Virus record (IMG/VR): IMGVR_UViG_3300045988_126785
Coordinates: 1 to 64,000 of that record
DNA: 64,000 bases
Strand: one strand, 5' to 3'
From: a virus
Shown here: one piece after another, positions 41,207-50,729 of the stretch
Layout of the letters: every line of letters begins with the position of its first letter
Position numbering within the stretch: position 1 is the stretch's first letter
Notes under the pieces: generated by a model
Told to the model about the DNA's origin: nothing
Database searches by the model: none
The model's input: the letters and a program-made list of their open reading frames with translations, nothing else
Translations under genes and position numbers: made by a program

Positions 41207-41920
41207 TCAGATCAGCTCCATCTGCCGCGTAGACCGGTGGAACGCCGTTGCGTACAGGCAGTCCTGCTCATACTTCCGCAATTCCTGATTCAACAGCCCC
41301 CGGTTTTGCAGTTTCTTCTTGCTGCCCTTTTCCATGTACTGCGGCTCGTTAGGCGGGTTAAAGCTCCGGTCATGATCCTTGGGCGTGTCGCTGAGCCAGT
41401 TGCGGAAAAACCGCTCGTCCCATACGGAGGCTACGCACAATCCCAACAGCCGCTTTTGCTCCGCCGTCAGGTCATGGGCAAAGGCCCCGTCGGTGTAAAA
41501 GTCCATTTCGTACTGCAATCCCGCGTCCATCTGGGGAGGAAAGGTCACGGTCCCGGTCTCCGGGTCATACACCGCCTCTCCATACGGTACTAAGAGTACG
41601 GACCCGTCCGGCTGCTCCGCCCGCTGTGCGCAAGAGAATAATTCGTAGCCGGTCATCCCCGTCTCTACCTTCGTTTCTTTCGCAATGCTTTCCAAGGTGG
41701 AGACCCATGCGCTGTCTGCGTAGGCGGGTTCCGTCAGGCCCTCTTTCAGGTAATCCACCATCTCAGGGGGACGGTTAAATACCGGGACCGCGTTTTTCAT
41801 GTACAGGCTCATCCGCCGGAGGAACCGCGCAGGGCTTTCCGCCGCCTGATCCGTCAGTCTCACGTCATCAATAAAAACCATGGCATGGTCCGAAATGATC
41901 TCGCTCCAACTCGTTCCCAT
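41207..41920 (-). CDS. hypothetical head-tail joining region protein (237 aa)
   Basis: Track ORF with an AAGGAGGG RBS. Confidence 0.5.
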   Translation of the reverse strand: MGTSWSEIISDHAMVFIDDVRLTDQAAESPARFLRRMSLYMKNAVPVFNRPPEMVDYLKEGLTEPAYADSAWVSTLESIAKETKVETGMTGYELFSCAQRAEQPDGSVLLVPYGEAVYDPETGTVTFPPQMDAGLQYEMDFYTDGAFAHDLTAEQKRLLGLCVASVWDERFFRNWLSDTPKDHDRSFNPPNEPQYMEKGSKKKLQNRGLLNQELRKYEQDCLYATAFHRSTRQMELI

Positions 41921-42003
41921 AGCCGTCCCTCCTTTTTGGCCTGTTTTATATGTTTTCCGTCCCGCCCTGTTTTTTCGGAACGGTCATGTTCTGTTTTAAT
42001 ATT

Positions 42004-42042
42004 GCCCCATGCCGCCGCATTCCCAGTGGCATGGGGCTTTTT
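42004..42042 (+). terminator. 10-bp hairpin with its T-run on the plus (antisense) side
   Basis: GCCCCATGCC, a 14-nt loop, GGCATGGGGC, then TTTTT. It lies at the downstream boundary of the lysis cassette. Confidence 0.4.
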
Positions 42043-42054
42043 GCCTGTTTTCTC

Positions 42055-42456
42055 TCAGCCGGTCCAGTCAGCCTTGGCCTCCCGCACGTCGATGTGGGTA
42101 AAGCCCTTTTTCGCGTAGATCCCTACGCCGCCCCAGTCCGGCATCAGCTGTCGGGCGTAGGCGGCCACCTGCGCCGGCGTCTTTCCCCGTACCACAATGT
42201 CGGCTGCGGTGCCGTAACAGTGCTGGCTGTCCGTCACGCCGCCCGCCTTGGCGTTGTACTGGGGTGTCCGGTATCCGCTGTTGATCCGCACAGCGGAACC
42301 GAAATGTGTGCGGATGGATTCCAGCACCATCACAAGGCGGGGCGCCACCAGAATGGCGTCGCTGCCATCCCCGCAGGCGAACTCCTTGACCTTGAAATGG
42401 GAGGACAGCCGTTTGTCTCCGTCCTTGGCCTTGGAATACCCGTTGATCTCGACCAT
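42055..42456 (-). CDS. peptidase M15-type (D-Ala-D-Ala carboxypeptidase-like) cell-wall hydrolase
   Basis: Internal start MVEINGY. Contains SGYRTPQYNAKAGGVTDSQHCYGTAADI...FTHIDVRE (metal ligands H-D-H). Confidence 0.7.
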   Translation of the reverse strand: MVEINGYSKAKDGDKRLSSHFKVKEFACGDGSDAILVAPRLVMVLESIRTHFGSAVRINSGYRTPQYNAKAGGVTDSQHCYGTAADIVVRGKTPAQVAAYARQLMPDWGGVGIYAKKGFTHIDVREAKADWTG

Positions 42457-42458
42457 AG

Positions 42459-43160
42459 CTACCTCCCTTTCAGTTTGTACAGTGCCCGAACCAGCTCCGC
42501 CCGGGTCACCGGTTTCTCCAGATTGCTGTCCGTCAGCAGCCCCTTGGCCTTGCCCCACGCCAGCGCCGGGTCCTCCGGCTTGGTTGGGGCCGGGGAAGGG
42601 TTTGCGGTCTCCGCCTTTCGTTCCCAAAACAACAGCAGCGTGGGCACCTTCCGGGAGCTGGTCACCTTGCCGCCGGGGAAGATTCCCTGCGTGGAGCCGC
42701 CGCCGTCCAGCATAAGGGCGTCCACCACGCCCAGCCCCAGTAGCTTATTCTGAAGCTGTTCACGGGTCAGACTGGCCTTGTCGCACCAAAGGCACACCTT
42801 GCCGTTGGGCATCCAGCCTACAGCCGTCCGGGCGGCAGGCCGGGCCACGTCCGGCGTGAGGTCCCGACGCAGTTTGGCTCCCGCTTTCAGGAGAGGGACG
42901 CCGGAGAGGAACGATCCTCCCCGGTCCGTCAGCATCTTCGGAAGTCCGTCGCTGCCGATGGAAATGCCCCAATCCTGATAGGCGTCCCGGCTGATAACTT
43001 TCCCATTGATCACCGTCCAGCCCACCGGCTGAAACTTCCCGTTGAACAAATAGCCGTTAATGATGTGGGTGCAGCCGGTTTTCGCCTTGATCTGCGCCGG
43101 GGTCAGCTTTGCCGTGTTGTGGTAGATCTGCGCTCTCGCGCAGTCGAAGGTATCAACCAT
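42459..43160 (-). CDS. phosphodiester glycosidase (NAGPA/DUF2233)-like wall hydrolase with an SLH-like tail
   Basis: Contains VVDALMLDGGGSTQ. The C-terminus has VTRAELVRALYKL. Confidence 0.55.
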   Translation of the reverse strand: MVDTFDCARAQIYHNTAKLTPAQIKAKTGCTHIINGYLFNGKFQPVGWTVINGKVISRDAYQDWGISIGSDGLPKMLTDRGGSFLSGVPLLKAGAKLRRDLTPDVARPAARTAVGWMPNGKVCLWCDKASLTREQLQNKLLGLGVVDALMLDGGGSTQGIFPGGKVTSSRKVPTLLLFWERKAETANPSPAPTKPEDPALAWGKAKGLLTDSNLEKPVTRAELVRALYKLKGR

Positions 43161-43491
43161 TGACTCTCACGGCCTTGGTGGGATGGCCGCTCTCGTCAAA
43201 GGTAATGCGGTAGTGGCCCTCCGGCACCCAGACTTCCTCCTCGGTGTTGGCCTTGGCAGGGTTGTACCGCATGTAATCGTGGAGGTGCTTCACGTCCTCC
43301 GGCTCGGTCTCCGCGGGAATAAAGCCCTCCTTCATTTCCTGCTCAGACCAGCCGGTCTGGGGGCCGTCGGGAGTCATGGTGTAGTCCAGATGGAAGGTGG
43401 CGCCCGCCGCCTTCAGCTCGGCGTTAATCTCGCTGAGCTTCTTGCCGTTCTTCTTGCCCTCGTTGATGATTTCAGCAAATTTCTTTTCCAT
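43153..43491 (-). CDS. hypothetical protein (112 aa)
   Basis: Internal start MEKKFAE after a GAAAGGAG RBS. Confidence 0.5.
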   Translation of the reverse strand: MEKKFAEIINEGKKNGKKLSEINAELKAAGATFHLDYTMTPDGPQTGWSEQEMKEGFIPAETEPEDVKHLHDYMRYNPAKANTEEEVWVPEGHYRITFDESGHPTKAVRVNG

Positions 43492-43517
43492 GATTTGTTC
43501 TCCTTTCAAATCAAAAA

Positions 43518-43810
43518 ATGGTTGTTGATTCTATCTATGCCCCCTCGTCCTCATCCCTCCCAAGGAGGGGTTTCCAAAGGGGATTCCCCCGTCTCCCGTC
43601 CTATGGGAGAGGGTTTCCAAAGGGAGAGAGCCGCAGCCCATTCCCCTGTGGGGTTGGTTTCCAAAGGCGGGGGCCGCTGCCCCCGGCCTTTGTGCCAGAG
43701 GGGGTATGGGGGACGGTGGCGTCCCCCATGTTTCTGGTGGGGGGTTAAGGGGGAGGGATCTTTGCGCCAAAGATTCCTTCCCCTTGCCCTGACATGGGAA
43801 TGTTCCCCTG
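43518..43810 (-). repeat. 290-nt ORF-free GC-rich hairpin array with GGTTTCCAAAGG in 3 copies at about 44-nt spacing
   Basis: The 12-mer occurs at 43569, 43612 and 43656. At least 7 short GC hairpins are present, for example GGGGGACG-GTGG-CGTCCCCC and GGGGGC-CGCT-GCCCCC. Confidence 0.8.
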
Positions 43811-43824
43811 CGGGGAGCGCAATT

Positions 43825-44091
43825 TTAATTACTCATCTGCTTTGCGATCTGATTGACCCCGGTGCTGGCCAGACCGCTCACAATGCCCACTGCCACGGCG
43901 GTGAGATAGTCCGTTGCGGGGAAGTCTGCCATGATCAGCATCCCCACCACGCCCAGCACCCCGCCGGACACGCCCACAACAATGGGAATCCATTTGTTCT
44001 CAATGGCGGTGGCCTTCACCGCCATGCCGATCAGGTAGCAGATCACCGTAATGACCGCCACGCTGGCAATGCCAAATCCGGAAATATCCAT
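43825..44091 (-). CDS. phage holin (multi-TM)
   Basis: MDISGFGIASVAVITVICYLIG...NKWIPIVVGVSGGVLGVVGMLI... GGAGGA RBS. Confidence 0.7.
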   Translation of the reverse strand: MDISGFGIASVAVITVICYLIGMAVKATAIENKWIPIVVGVSGGVLGVVGMLIMADFPATDYLTAVAVGIVSGLASTGVNQIAKQMSN

Positions 44092-44112
44092 GTTCAATTC
44101 CTCCTTTTGACC

Positions 44113-44901
44113 TTAGTCCTCTTCCGCTGCCTCCGCGCTGTTCAGTGCGTCCAGCACCGGGCGGAACATCCCCTTCCGCCGGGGGTCCTCCTTGGGTTCC
44201 TCCGCATACCGGGCCTTGTTCTTCGCGTTCAGCTGCTTCAGCAGGTCCCGGCTGTCGGCGCTTACCTCGCCCCGCTCCCATGCGTCATAGTAAGCCTTAG
44301 CCACCATCTCCTGATGCTCCGTGCAGAGATCGTCGAAGATGTCCAGCAGCTTGTCTCCCATGGTCACGGCGCAGCGGAACGCCTTTTCGTCCAGCACCTC
44401 GCCCTTGCGGTATGCGCAGTGGTACACCGCCCGTTCGTCATCCGTCATGCCGGAGAGCACCACCAGCCAGCGCCGCTCAATGAGCCGTCTTGCCGTCTCA
44501 TCATAGAACCGGCTCCACTCGCTCTTGGGCACCATCACAGTGCCGTTCTTCCCGGTCACGGTGCCGTACATCCCGTTGGGGCCGAATACAGCCAGATTAT
44601 CGTCCGCCACCGGGGCGCACCAGCGGAGCGTCACCTTTTCCGTGTCCGCCATCACCTGAACCACTTGGGGCTTAACCTCCGCCATGGCCTTTGCAACGGC
44701 CTCCGCCGCCGCCTGTTTGGCGATCTCCGCTACCTCAGCAGCTGTATACAGCTTTTCGGGTTCCTTCTCCGCCGCAGGCGCTTTCTGCTCTGCCACGGGC
44801 GCAGCCTTTGCCTGTTCCCGCAAGGGCTGGTCGGCTGCTTCCAGCTCCTGCGCTTCGATTCCCGCCGCCACATCTGCGGCCGTCCGTTTCTCTTTTGCCA
44901 T
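44113..44901 (-). CDS. hypothetical protein (262 aa)
   Basis: Track ORF with a GAAAGGAG RBS. Confidence 0.5.
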   Translation of the reverse strand: MAKEKRTAADVAAGIEAQELEAADQPLREQAKAAPVAEQKAPAAEKEPEKLYTAAEVAEIAKQAAAEAVAKAMAEVKPQVVQVMADTEKVTLRWCAPVADDNLAVFGPNGMYGTVTGKNGTVMVPKSEWSRFYDETARRLIERRWLVVLSGMTDDERAVYHCAYRKGEVLDEKAFRCAVTMGDKLLDIFDDLCTEHQEMVAKAYYDAWERGEVSADSRDLLKQLNAKNKARYAEEPKEDPRRKGMFRPVLDALNSAEAAEED

Positions 44902-45015
44902 CTTTGTCCGCTCCTTTCAGATAAAAGATGCTGGTTCGTTTCTTGCGCTCCGCCCTCATGCAGGCTTCGCGCCATATCTGCGGGAGAGAGGGTCCCCTCC
45001 CTCCCGCTTTGGGTC

Positions 45016-46260
45016 TTACGCGTTGATGACGGCCATCTTATTGGCGGGAACCGGCACACAGTCGATGGACATAGAAACCACTACGTCGATGCTCATGTCT
45101 GCGGTCTGGTCGGGGGTCAGCTCCAACTGAATGGGCGTGCCCTCCTCCATGCCGATGTAGACGGGCTTGTAGCCGCCCACGGCGGTCAGCCAAATCTTGT
45201 CGGCAGGCACAATGTCGGTCACGCTGGTATTTTGGGTCCCCGGCACAATGGCGGTGTCGATGGGCATGAGGTTCATGCCCATGTACTCGCCAAGGAAGCC
45301 GTAGCGGGTCCAGTCCAGACCCAGCATGGTAGACAGGGCGGCATCCAGGTTCACGGTGGAGGCGTTCACCACACCGCTGGGCAGCGCCTTGGTCAGGGCG
45401 GAGGGACGGCCAATGGCCATCACGTTCCGGTAGCGGGTCCCGTTCACAACGCTCACCCGCTCACCGGCAGTGACCCAGTTGGCGGAGGTGTTGGTGAAGG
45501 TCATGTTGGCAGGCACATAGGCGGTGTTGGCGGTCATCTTGGTCAGGGTGTTGATCCACAGAGCGGTGATCTTGGAGTACATACCGGCGGCCAGAGCGTT
45601 GAAGAACCGGCCCATGTCGGCATCGTTGCCCACCAGCTGATACCACTTCATGCTCACCCGTGCGGTGCGCAGACGGGGGTTCAGGGTCACGCTCTTGTTG
45701 TAGAGGGTGTTGGCGGGCTTGGAGCGGGAGGACCCCCAGCTATCGTCCTCAAAAAGGAAGATGTCGTTGGACATGATGTCCAGTTCCTTGGTCTGGCCGA
45801 TGGGCACGGTGGTCATCTCAGCCAGCCAGCCCAGCCCGGAACTCATGACGGTGGGCAGCATGGGGGTCACGATCTCGGTGACGATACCGGCCAGAGTCTT
45901 GAGGTACAGGCCGTCGCTCATAAACTTGCGCTGGTTGCGGCGGAACTCGTCCAGATCAGCGGGAGGGATCTCGCCGCTCAGGGCGCACACCCGCTTGGCG
46001 CAGAAAAGCAGCAGGTTCTTTTGCAGGTTGCGGTTGGTCATGCTGTAGCTGTTCTGCCCCTCGCCGTCCGCCAGCATAGCGGTGAAATCATCGGGCTGCT
46101 TGGTCATGACCCGCAGGGCGCGCTCATCCCGGCCCAGACGCTCACGCATCAGCAGACGGCCGCAGGTCACGATGTCGGCCCGCTCACGTTCCGCATTGCT
46201 GAACTCCTTGGCGGCGCTGTCATACACATTAGGATCAATGCTGTTTAGTCTGATTGCCAT
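45016..46260 (-). CDS. major capsid protein (inferred)
   Basis: Start taken at MAIRLNS after a GAGGAGAG RBS. Assigned by size and position after the scaffold and decoration genes. A strong hairpin lies downstream. Confidence 0.6.
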   Translation of the reverse strand: MAIRLNSIDPNVYDSAAKEFSNAERERADIVTCGRLLMRERLGRDERALRVMTKQPDDFTAMLADGEGQNSYSMTNRNLQKNLLLFCAKRVCALSGEIPPADLDEFRRNQRKFMSDGLYLKTLAGIVTEIVTPMLPTVMSSGLGWLAEMTTVPIGQTKELDIMSNDIFLFEDDSWGSSRSKPANTLYNKSVTLNPRLRTARVSMKWYQLVGNDADMGRFFNALAAGMYSKITALWINTLTKMTANTAYVPANMTFTNTSANWVTAGERVSVVNGTRYRNVMAIGRPSALTKALPSGVVNASTVNLDAALSTMLGLDWTRYGFLGEYMGMNLMPIDTAIVPGTQNTSVTDIVPADKIWLTAVGGYKPVYIGMEEGTPIQLELTPDQTADMSIDVVVSMSIDCVPVPANKMAVINA

Positions 46261-46283
46261 TGTTGTCACTCTCCTCTCGTTTC

Positions 46284-46916
46284 TCAGGCCGCTGCCGCGT
46301 CAACCTTGCAGGCCAGCACGTCCACGAACTCAAATGCGCTCTGTGCGCCCTCGGTAAAGGTGCCGCCGGTGGGCAGAACCTTGAAGTACGGAGTCCCCAC
46401 GTCGGTGGGAGCAGCGGTGACGGGCACCAGCAGACCGTTGGCAATGGTCAGGAACTTGTTGGCCCCCAGAGCGGTGGACAGGTTGCCGATGCCGAACCGG
46501 TAAATCTTGTTCCCGTCGAACACGATCTTGGTGAAGGTGACGGGATAGCCCTTGGGAGCGGGCAGGCCCAGCGTGTTGGCGCCCACCTTGTAGAGGTTGC
46601 CGGTCGCGGGGTCCTGAACCATGTTCACGTCATAGGGGTTGCAGGCGTAAATGCCGTCGCCCTCGCTCTTCACGGCGGCTCCGGTGGCCTTCATGTTCCA
46701 GCTATTGCTGTTTTTGATGGTCACGGCGGCATCGGTGGGTCCAACACCCACATAGCCCTCGCAGTCCATCAGCTCATCTTTCACGCACAGGAAACCGGCG
46801 GAGCACTGCTCATCCTGCTTCTCGCCGTTCTGGAACTTGCCGGTGATGTTCAGGGTCTCGTCGAATACGCGGTTGGTCACACGGGGCCAAAACGCAGTCT
46901 TTTCAATGTATGCCAT
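46284..46916 (-). CDS. head decoration/auxiliary capsid protein (inferred)
   Basis: Track ORF whose RBS context matches that of the capsid gene. Confidence 0.45.
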   Translation of the reverse strand: MAYIEKTAFWPRVTNRVFDETLNITGKFQNGEKQDEQCSAGFLCVKDELMDCEGYVGVGPTDAAVTIKNSNSWNMKATGAAVKSEGDGIYACNPYDVNMVQDPATGNLYKVGANTLGLPAPKGYPVTFTKIVFDGNKIYRFGIGNLSTALGANKFLTIANGLLVPVTAAPTDVGTPYFKVLPTGGTFTEGAQSAFEFVDVLACKVDAAAA

Positions 46917-46940
46917 TGTGATTCACTCTCCTCTCGTATC

Positions 46941-48302
46941 TCAGCCGTTCATGCGGGCAAGCATTTCTTCAATGCCGCCGCCCTCACCGCTGTTGGTCTT
47001 GGGGTTGTTCCATGCGAAGGAATGCTGCTTGGCGGCCATTTCCTTCTTGCGCTTTTCGGTCTGTGCCTTGCCGTGTGCGGCCATCAGGTCCAGCACGGCG
47101 CGGTCTGCGCCGCAGAACTTCCCGTCGGTCTCCATGGCTGCGAACTCCTCCGCCCGGTCGCACAGGCCCTTGGCAGTCTCGGTCATGTCGGCGTCGCCTT
47201 CCACGGCGCAGGCCCGGATGTCCTCCAAGGCGCTGTTCACGGCTTCCTTCACAGCCTCCACCCGGCGCTCATGCTCGGCGGCTTCCATGGTGCGGATCTT
47301 TTCCTCCGCCTCGTTCAGACGTGTCTGCAGTGCCTTCACGTCCTCCGCCTGCTGTCCCTTTGCGGCGCAGGCATAGTCCACGATGTCACTCACCTCTGCC
47401 ATGGCGTTCACGCCCTCGCCAAAGGGGAAGGCTGCCGTGAGGTAAGCGGGCTTGATGCGGCTCTCCACCACGGCGCCGTTATCCTCCGCATTAAAGGCGT
47501 AGGTATAAGCGCTGCCGGCAGAGTCCACGAGGCCAACGTGCATCCCGTCCTCGCTCAGAGCGACCACGCGGTAGCCCTTGAACTTTTCGGACATGGCCTC
47601 CATTGCCTTCTTGCTCATGATGTTCACTCCTTTTCTCTTGTTCGTTTCGTTGCTTCCCTTTCCGGGGTCCAGAGACGCCGCCCTCAGTTTTAATGTCTTA
47701 AACTCTTCCTGCATGGCACTCAGCGCCTTGATCCGCGCCCCCGGAATTGCCGGCGGCACATCGTCTCCCAGCACGGTTACGCCGAGACCCGCCCAATCCG
47801 TAATGATCTCGTTCTCGCCGTCCATGTGGGATTTTTTCGTATCGGTCTCAGCGGAAACATCCATGCGCCCTGTCCGCACGATCTTTTCCACCAATTCCGG
47901 TGCGTAAAACTGAAATAACCGGCCCTTTGCCCTGATCCACTCGTTCCCGTCCTCTTCCACAATGGAAAAGTCCTTGGGATCGTCGGATAGGGTCCCTACG
48001 ATGCGCTCCGCCGTTCCGTCCATGAACGTGTAGCCCTTCTCGCCGGTGTAGGGGTCCCGCACTTCTCTCATGTTGTGTCCGTCCCCCACCTTGCGGCCCA
48101 CATAGGCACACAGAATGGGCTGACCCACAAACGTCAGGTAGTGCTCCCGCATATTGCGGAAATCCCAATGATTCTCATTCAGCCCGGAGCGCATGACCCA
48201 CAGCTCCACGCCGAACTCGTATTCACTGAGCCGCTGCATGACCCGCAGTTCGCCGGACATTTTTACGTGCTCCGGCGGGGTTCCTCTCGTCCGAAACGGC
48301 AT
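46941..48302 (-). CDS. prohead protease/scaffold-like protein (XkdF-like, inferred)
   Basis: Assigned by position after the portal region and by a C-terminal Ala/Glu coiled-coil. ATG at 48302 lies 7 nt after GGAGG. Confidence 0.45.
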   Translation of the reverse strand: MPFRTRGTPPEHVKMSGELRVMQRLSEYEFGVELWVMRSGLNENHWDFRNMREHYLTFVGQPILCAYVGRKVGDGHNMREVRDPYTGEKGYTFMDGTAERIVGTLSDDPKDFSIVEEDGNEWIRAKGRLFQFYAPELVEKIVRTGRMDVSAETDTKKSHMDGENEIITDWAGLGVTVLGDDVPPAIPGARIKALSAMQEEFKTLKLRAASLDPGKGSNETNKRKGVNIMSKKAMEAMSEKFKGYRVVALSEDGMHVGLVDSAGSAYTYAFNAEDNGAVVESRIKPAYLTAAFPFGEGVNAMAEVSDIVDYACAAKGQQAEDVKALQTRLNEAEEKIRTMEAAEHERRVEAVKEAVNSALEDIRACAVEGDADMTETAKGLCDRAEEFAAMETDGKFCGADRAVLDLMAAHGKAQTEKRKKEMAAKQHSFAWNNPKTNSGEGGGIEEMLARMNG

Positions 48303-48304
48303 GG

Positions 48305-48838
48305 TCACGCCTCCTCTCCGTCAAACAGCTTTTCCACCCAGTTGTCATAGCTGGTGGCGCTGCCGTCGGTCTTGTCATACATCTGCCATGCGTAGAGCAT
48401 GGTCTCGTAGCTTTTGCTGTTCTCCATCTGAAGGTTTTCAAATTCCCTTGCCAGCGGATACAGCCCCACTTCTTCGCTGGTGCCCACGCAGTCCCGCAAG
48501 GCGTCCTCAATGTCCTCCAACAGCCGGATCACCTCTCTGAAAACGCCGTCCATGTCCTCCGGCCGCTCCCGGTATTCCGGGGTCTCCGGGTATTCCTGCA
48601 TCAGGTGCCGCTGGTGGAGAATGTCTCCGATCACGTCAAACCGCTTGGGCTGTTCGTGGGCCAGACGGTGAATGGCGTCCGCCGTGTGTACCAGCCCAAA
48701 TTCCACCAGAACCCACTCCTTCAGCGTGTCCAGACCCCGTGCGGCGTTCTGGTATGCCGCTGTGGCCCGCCTCGCCGCGTCCCACAGCGGGGAAAAGCGG
48801 GGATTTTCGTAGTGGTAAATGTCCCGCAGCTTTGCCAT
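48305..48838 (-). CDS. hypothetical head-morphogenesis protein (177 aa)
   Basis: Track ORF. Confidence 0.5.
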   Translation of the reverse strand: MAKLRDIYHYENPRFSPLWDAARRATAAYQNAARGLDTLKEWVLVEFGLVHTADAIHRLAHEQPKRFDVIGDILHQRHLMQEYPETPEYRERPEDMDGVFREVIRLLEDIEDALRDCVGTSEEVGLYPLAREFENLQMENSKSYETMLYAWQMYDKTDGSATSYDNWVEKLFDGEEA

Positions 48839-48860
48839 GTGGTTTCCTCCTCTCGTGTTG

Positions 48861-48905
48861 AAAAAAAGCGCTGCCCACGCCGGTCATTCCGGCGTCAGCA
48901 ACGCT
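48861..48905 (-). terminator. imperfect long hairpin with a T7 run after the portal gene
   Basis: AGCGCTGCCCACGCCGG, loop TCATT, CCGGCGTCAGCAACGCT. The T-run is on the minus strand. Confidence 0.55.
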
Positions 48906-48959
48906 TTGCTCCTCCCGCTCACCGCTTAGAGCGGGGTGCTCTGTTCACTTTTTCTTCGG

Positions 48960-50729
48960 CTATTCGCCGTAGGTGTCGATGTCCGCCTCCTGGCCCTCGC
49001 TGGTCACGGTTCCGTCCCCCTTGGGTCTCCCGCCGGGGTTCAGATCGTGGGCCGCCTGGGGCGGCAGTCCGCTTTCGGACTGCTTGGCATTGTAGCTTGT
49101 CACCAGCGGCAAACGCTTATCCATGATGCCGCTTGCCTTGATGGCGTTGGAAATGCTCAGATCGTCCAGCAGCGAGAGATCGTTCATGGCCATGTAAATG
49201 ATGGTCTGTGGCAGGATGCCAAGGGTCATGCCCTGCTTGGCCTCCTCCATCCGCTTTTCCTCTGTGGAGAGGGTCCCAAAGAGCGAGAACCGCCACGAAT
49301 ATTTCAGATTCAGCTTGTCCATAATGGCCGCCATCATCCGTTCGTAGCCCCGGTATACGCACTCCGCAAACTTCCCTTCGATCTGCAAGGAGATTTGTGC
49401 AATGCCTGCCTTGGGGTCCTCCGTGGTGGGGACGATGGCGGACAGCCCCGCCTTGTTCATGGCGTAGCTGTACCCGGCTGCGGAAATCTTGGTGGCGCTG
49501 GGTGCTTCTGCCAGCTGGTGCATTTTGATGTTTTCCACAGGGGCCGTGAACCAGCCGATCCCGCTGGTGTTGCTCTCTGACAGCATTTGATACCACAGGT
49601 ACTCAAACAGCCGCCGTCCTGCGTCGGAAAGCCGGTAATCGTCCTCTGTGCTTGTAATTTCGGACTTATCCTTGTAGGGGATCTCGCCGGTAAACAGTGC
49701 GATCAGGGGGTTCTGCACCAGTTCCAGCTGAATTTGCTCGTACTGGGCCATCTGCACCAGAGAGAGATACAGCCCCGCCAGCGGGGAAATGGCGTTCCGG
49801 GATACATCGTCTGCCTCAAAGGTGAAAATCTTGTCCACCGGCAGCGTCACCCAGTAGAACCACCGTCCGTTCTGGGAGTATACCTCCGGGTCTCCGGCCA
49901 ATCGGCCACCGGTCTGCTTCCTCCGCTGTTCCAGCACGTTCAGGTCCACCCGGTCCCGCGCCGCGAAAATCACCCGCTTCCCCGTGCCCTCCGGTGCCCG
50001 CTCCGCCGATGCGTAGAAGTCATCCAGATAGGGCAGCAGCAGGTCTCCGAACTGCAAGGGGTTCGTCCCCGGCTGCATAAAGTACATCAGGTTCATCGCC
50101 ACCGTGTATTTCGACACGTTGTTGAACCCTACGATCTTTACCCAGTCGCTGGGGAGCTGTTGTAAAAAGGCGTGGTTTACCTTGTTGTGAGGCTTGTCCA
50201 CGCTGATCCGGGGATAGTAGAAAACCTTTCCCTCCTGCAAGACCTGTCCCGCGATCTCATGGGCCGTGGCCTTGGGGTCCAGCGTTTTCCGCAGCTTGTC
50301 CAAAAGCTGCCATTCCCGCAGGAAGTCCTCCCGCTTCGCTTCTTCCTCTGTGGCGTACTCCGGGGCAATGTAGCTGTGGTAGGTCAGCATCTCCGTGTAC
50401 ACCTTCCGGGTGTGAAACAGGGGATACGCCGTCCATTCCAGCGCGTGGGCCACCTGCCGCAGGCCCTGTTCGTTGCCGTCTGGTGCGGTGAGCATCTCCG
50501 CCACCTTGTCCTTGCTGTAATTCACCGGAAGCGAAGAAATGGCCTTTACCCGGCGGTTCTGAATGTAGGGGTTATTCCGGGTGTAGGTGTTGCTGGCCGC
50601 CCGCATAAACGCGCTGCTTACGGCGTCCATGGGCAGATCGCCGTACTGTGCCGCCAATTCCCGCAGCCTTCCGAATATCTTCGGGTACGAGGCGAATTGC
50701 ACCGACCTCAATTCAGTTTGCAGGTCCAT
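48960..50729 (-). CDS. portal protein (inferred)
   Basis: 589 aa, lying next to the large terminase. Confidence 0.65.
   Translation of the reverse strand: MDLQTELRSVQFASYPKIFGRLRELAAQYGDLPMDAVSSAFMRAASNTYTRNNPYIQNRRVKAISSLPVNYSKDKVAEMLTAPDGNEQGLRQVAHALEWTAYPLFHTRKVYTEMLTYHSYIAPEYATEEEAKREDFLREWQLLDKLRKTLDPKATAHEIAGQVLQEGKVFYYPRISVDKPHNKVNHAFLQQLPSDWVKIVGFNNVSKYTVAMNLMYFMQPGTNPLQFGDLLLPYLDDFYASAERAPEGTGKRVIFAARDRVDLNVLEQRRKQTGGRLAGDPEVYSQNGRWFYWVTLPVDKIFTFEADDVSRNAISPLAGLYLSLVQMAQYEQIQLELVQNPLIALFTGEIPYKDKSEITSTEDDYRLSDAGRRLFEYLWYQMLSESNTSGIGWFTAPVENIKMHQLAEAPSATKISAAGYSYAMNKAGLSAIVPTTEDPKAGIAQISLQIEGKFAECVYRGYERMMAAIMDKLNLKYSWRFSLFGTLSTEEKRMEEAKQGMTLGILPQTIIYMAMNDLSLLDDLSISNAIKASGIMDKRLPLVTSYNAKQSESGLPPQAAHDLNPGGRPKGDGTVTSEGQEADIDTYGE

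Noticed and set aside
43518-43810. Possible CRISPR array, because of the regularly spaced repeats.
   Set aside because: The conserved unit is only 12 nt, there are three copies, and the intervening segments are themselves GC hairpins rather than unique spacers. No cas genes or leader are present.
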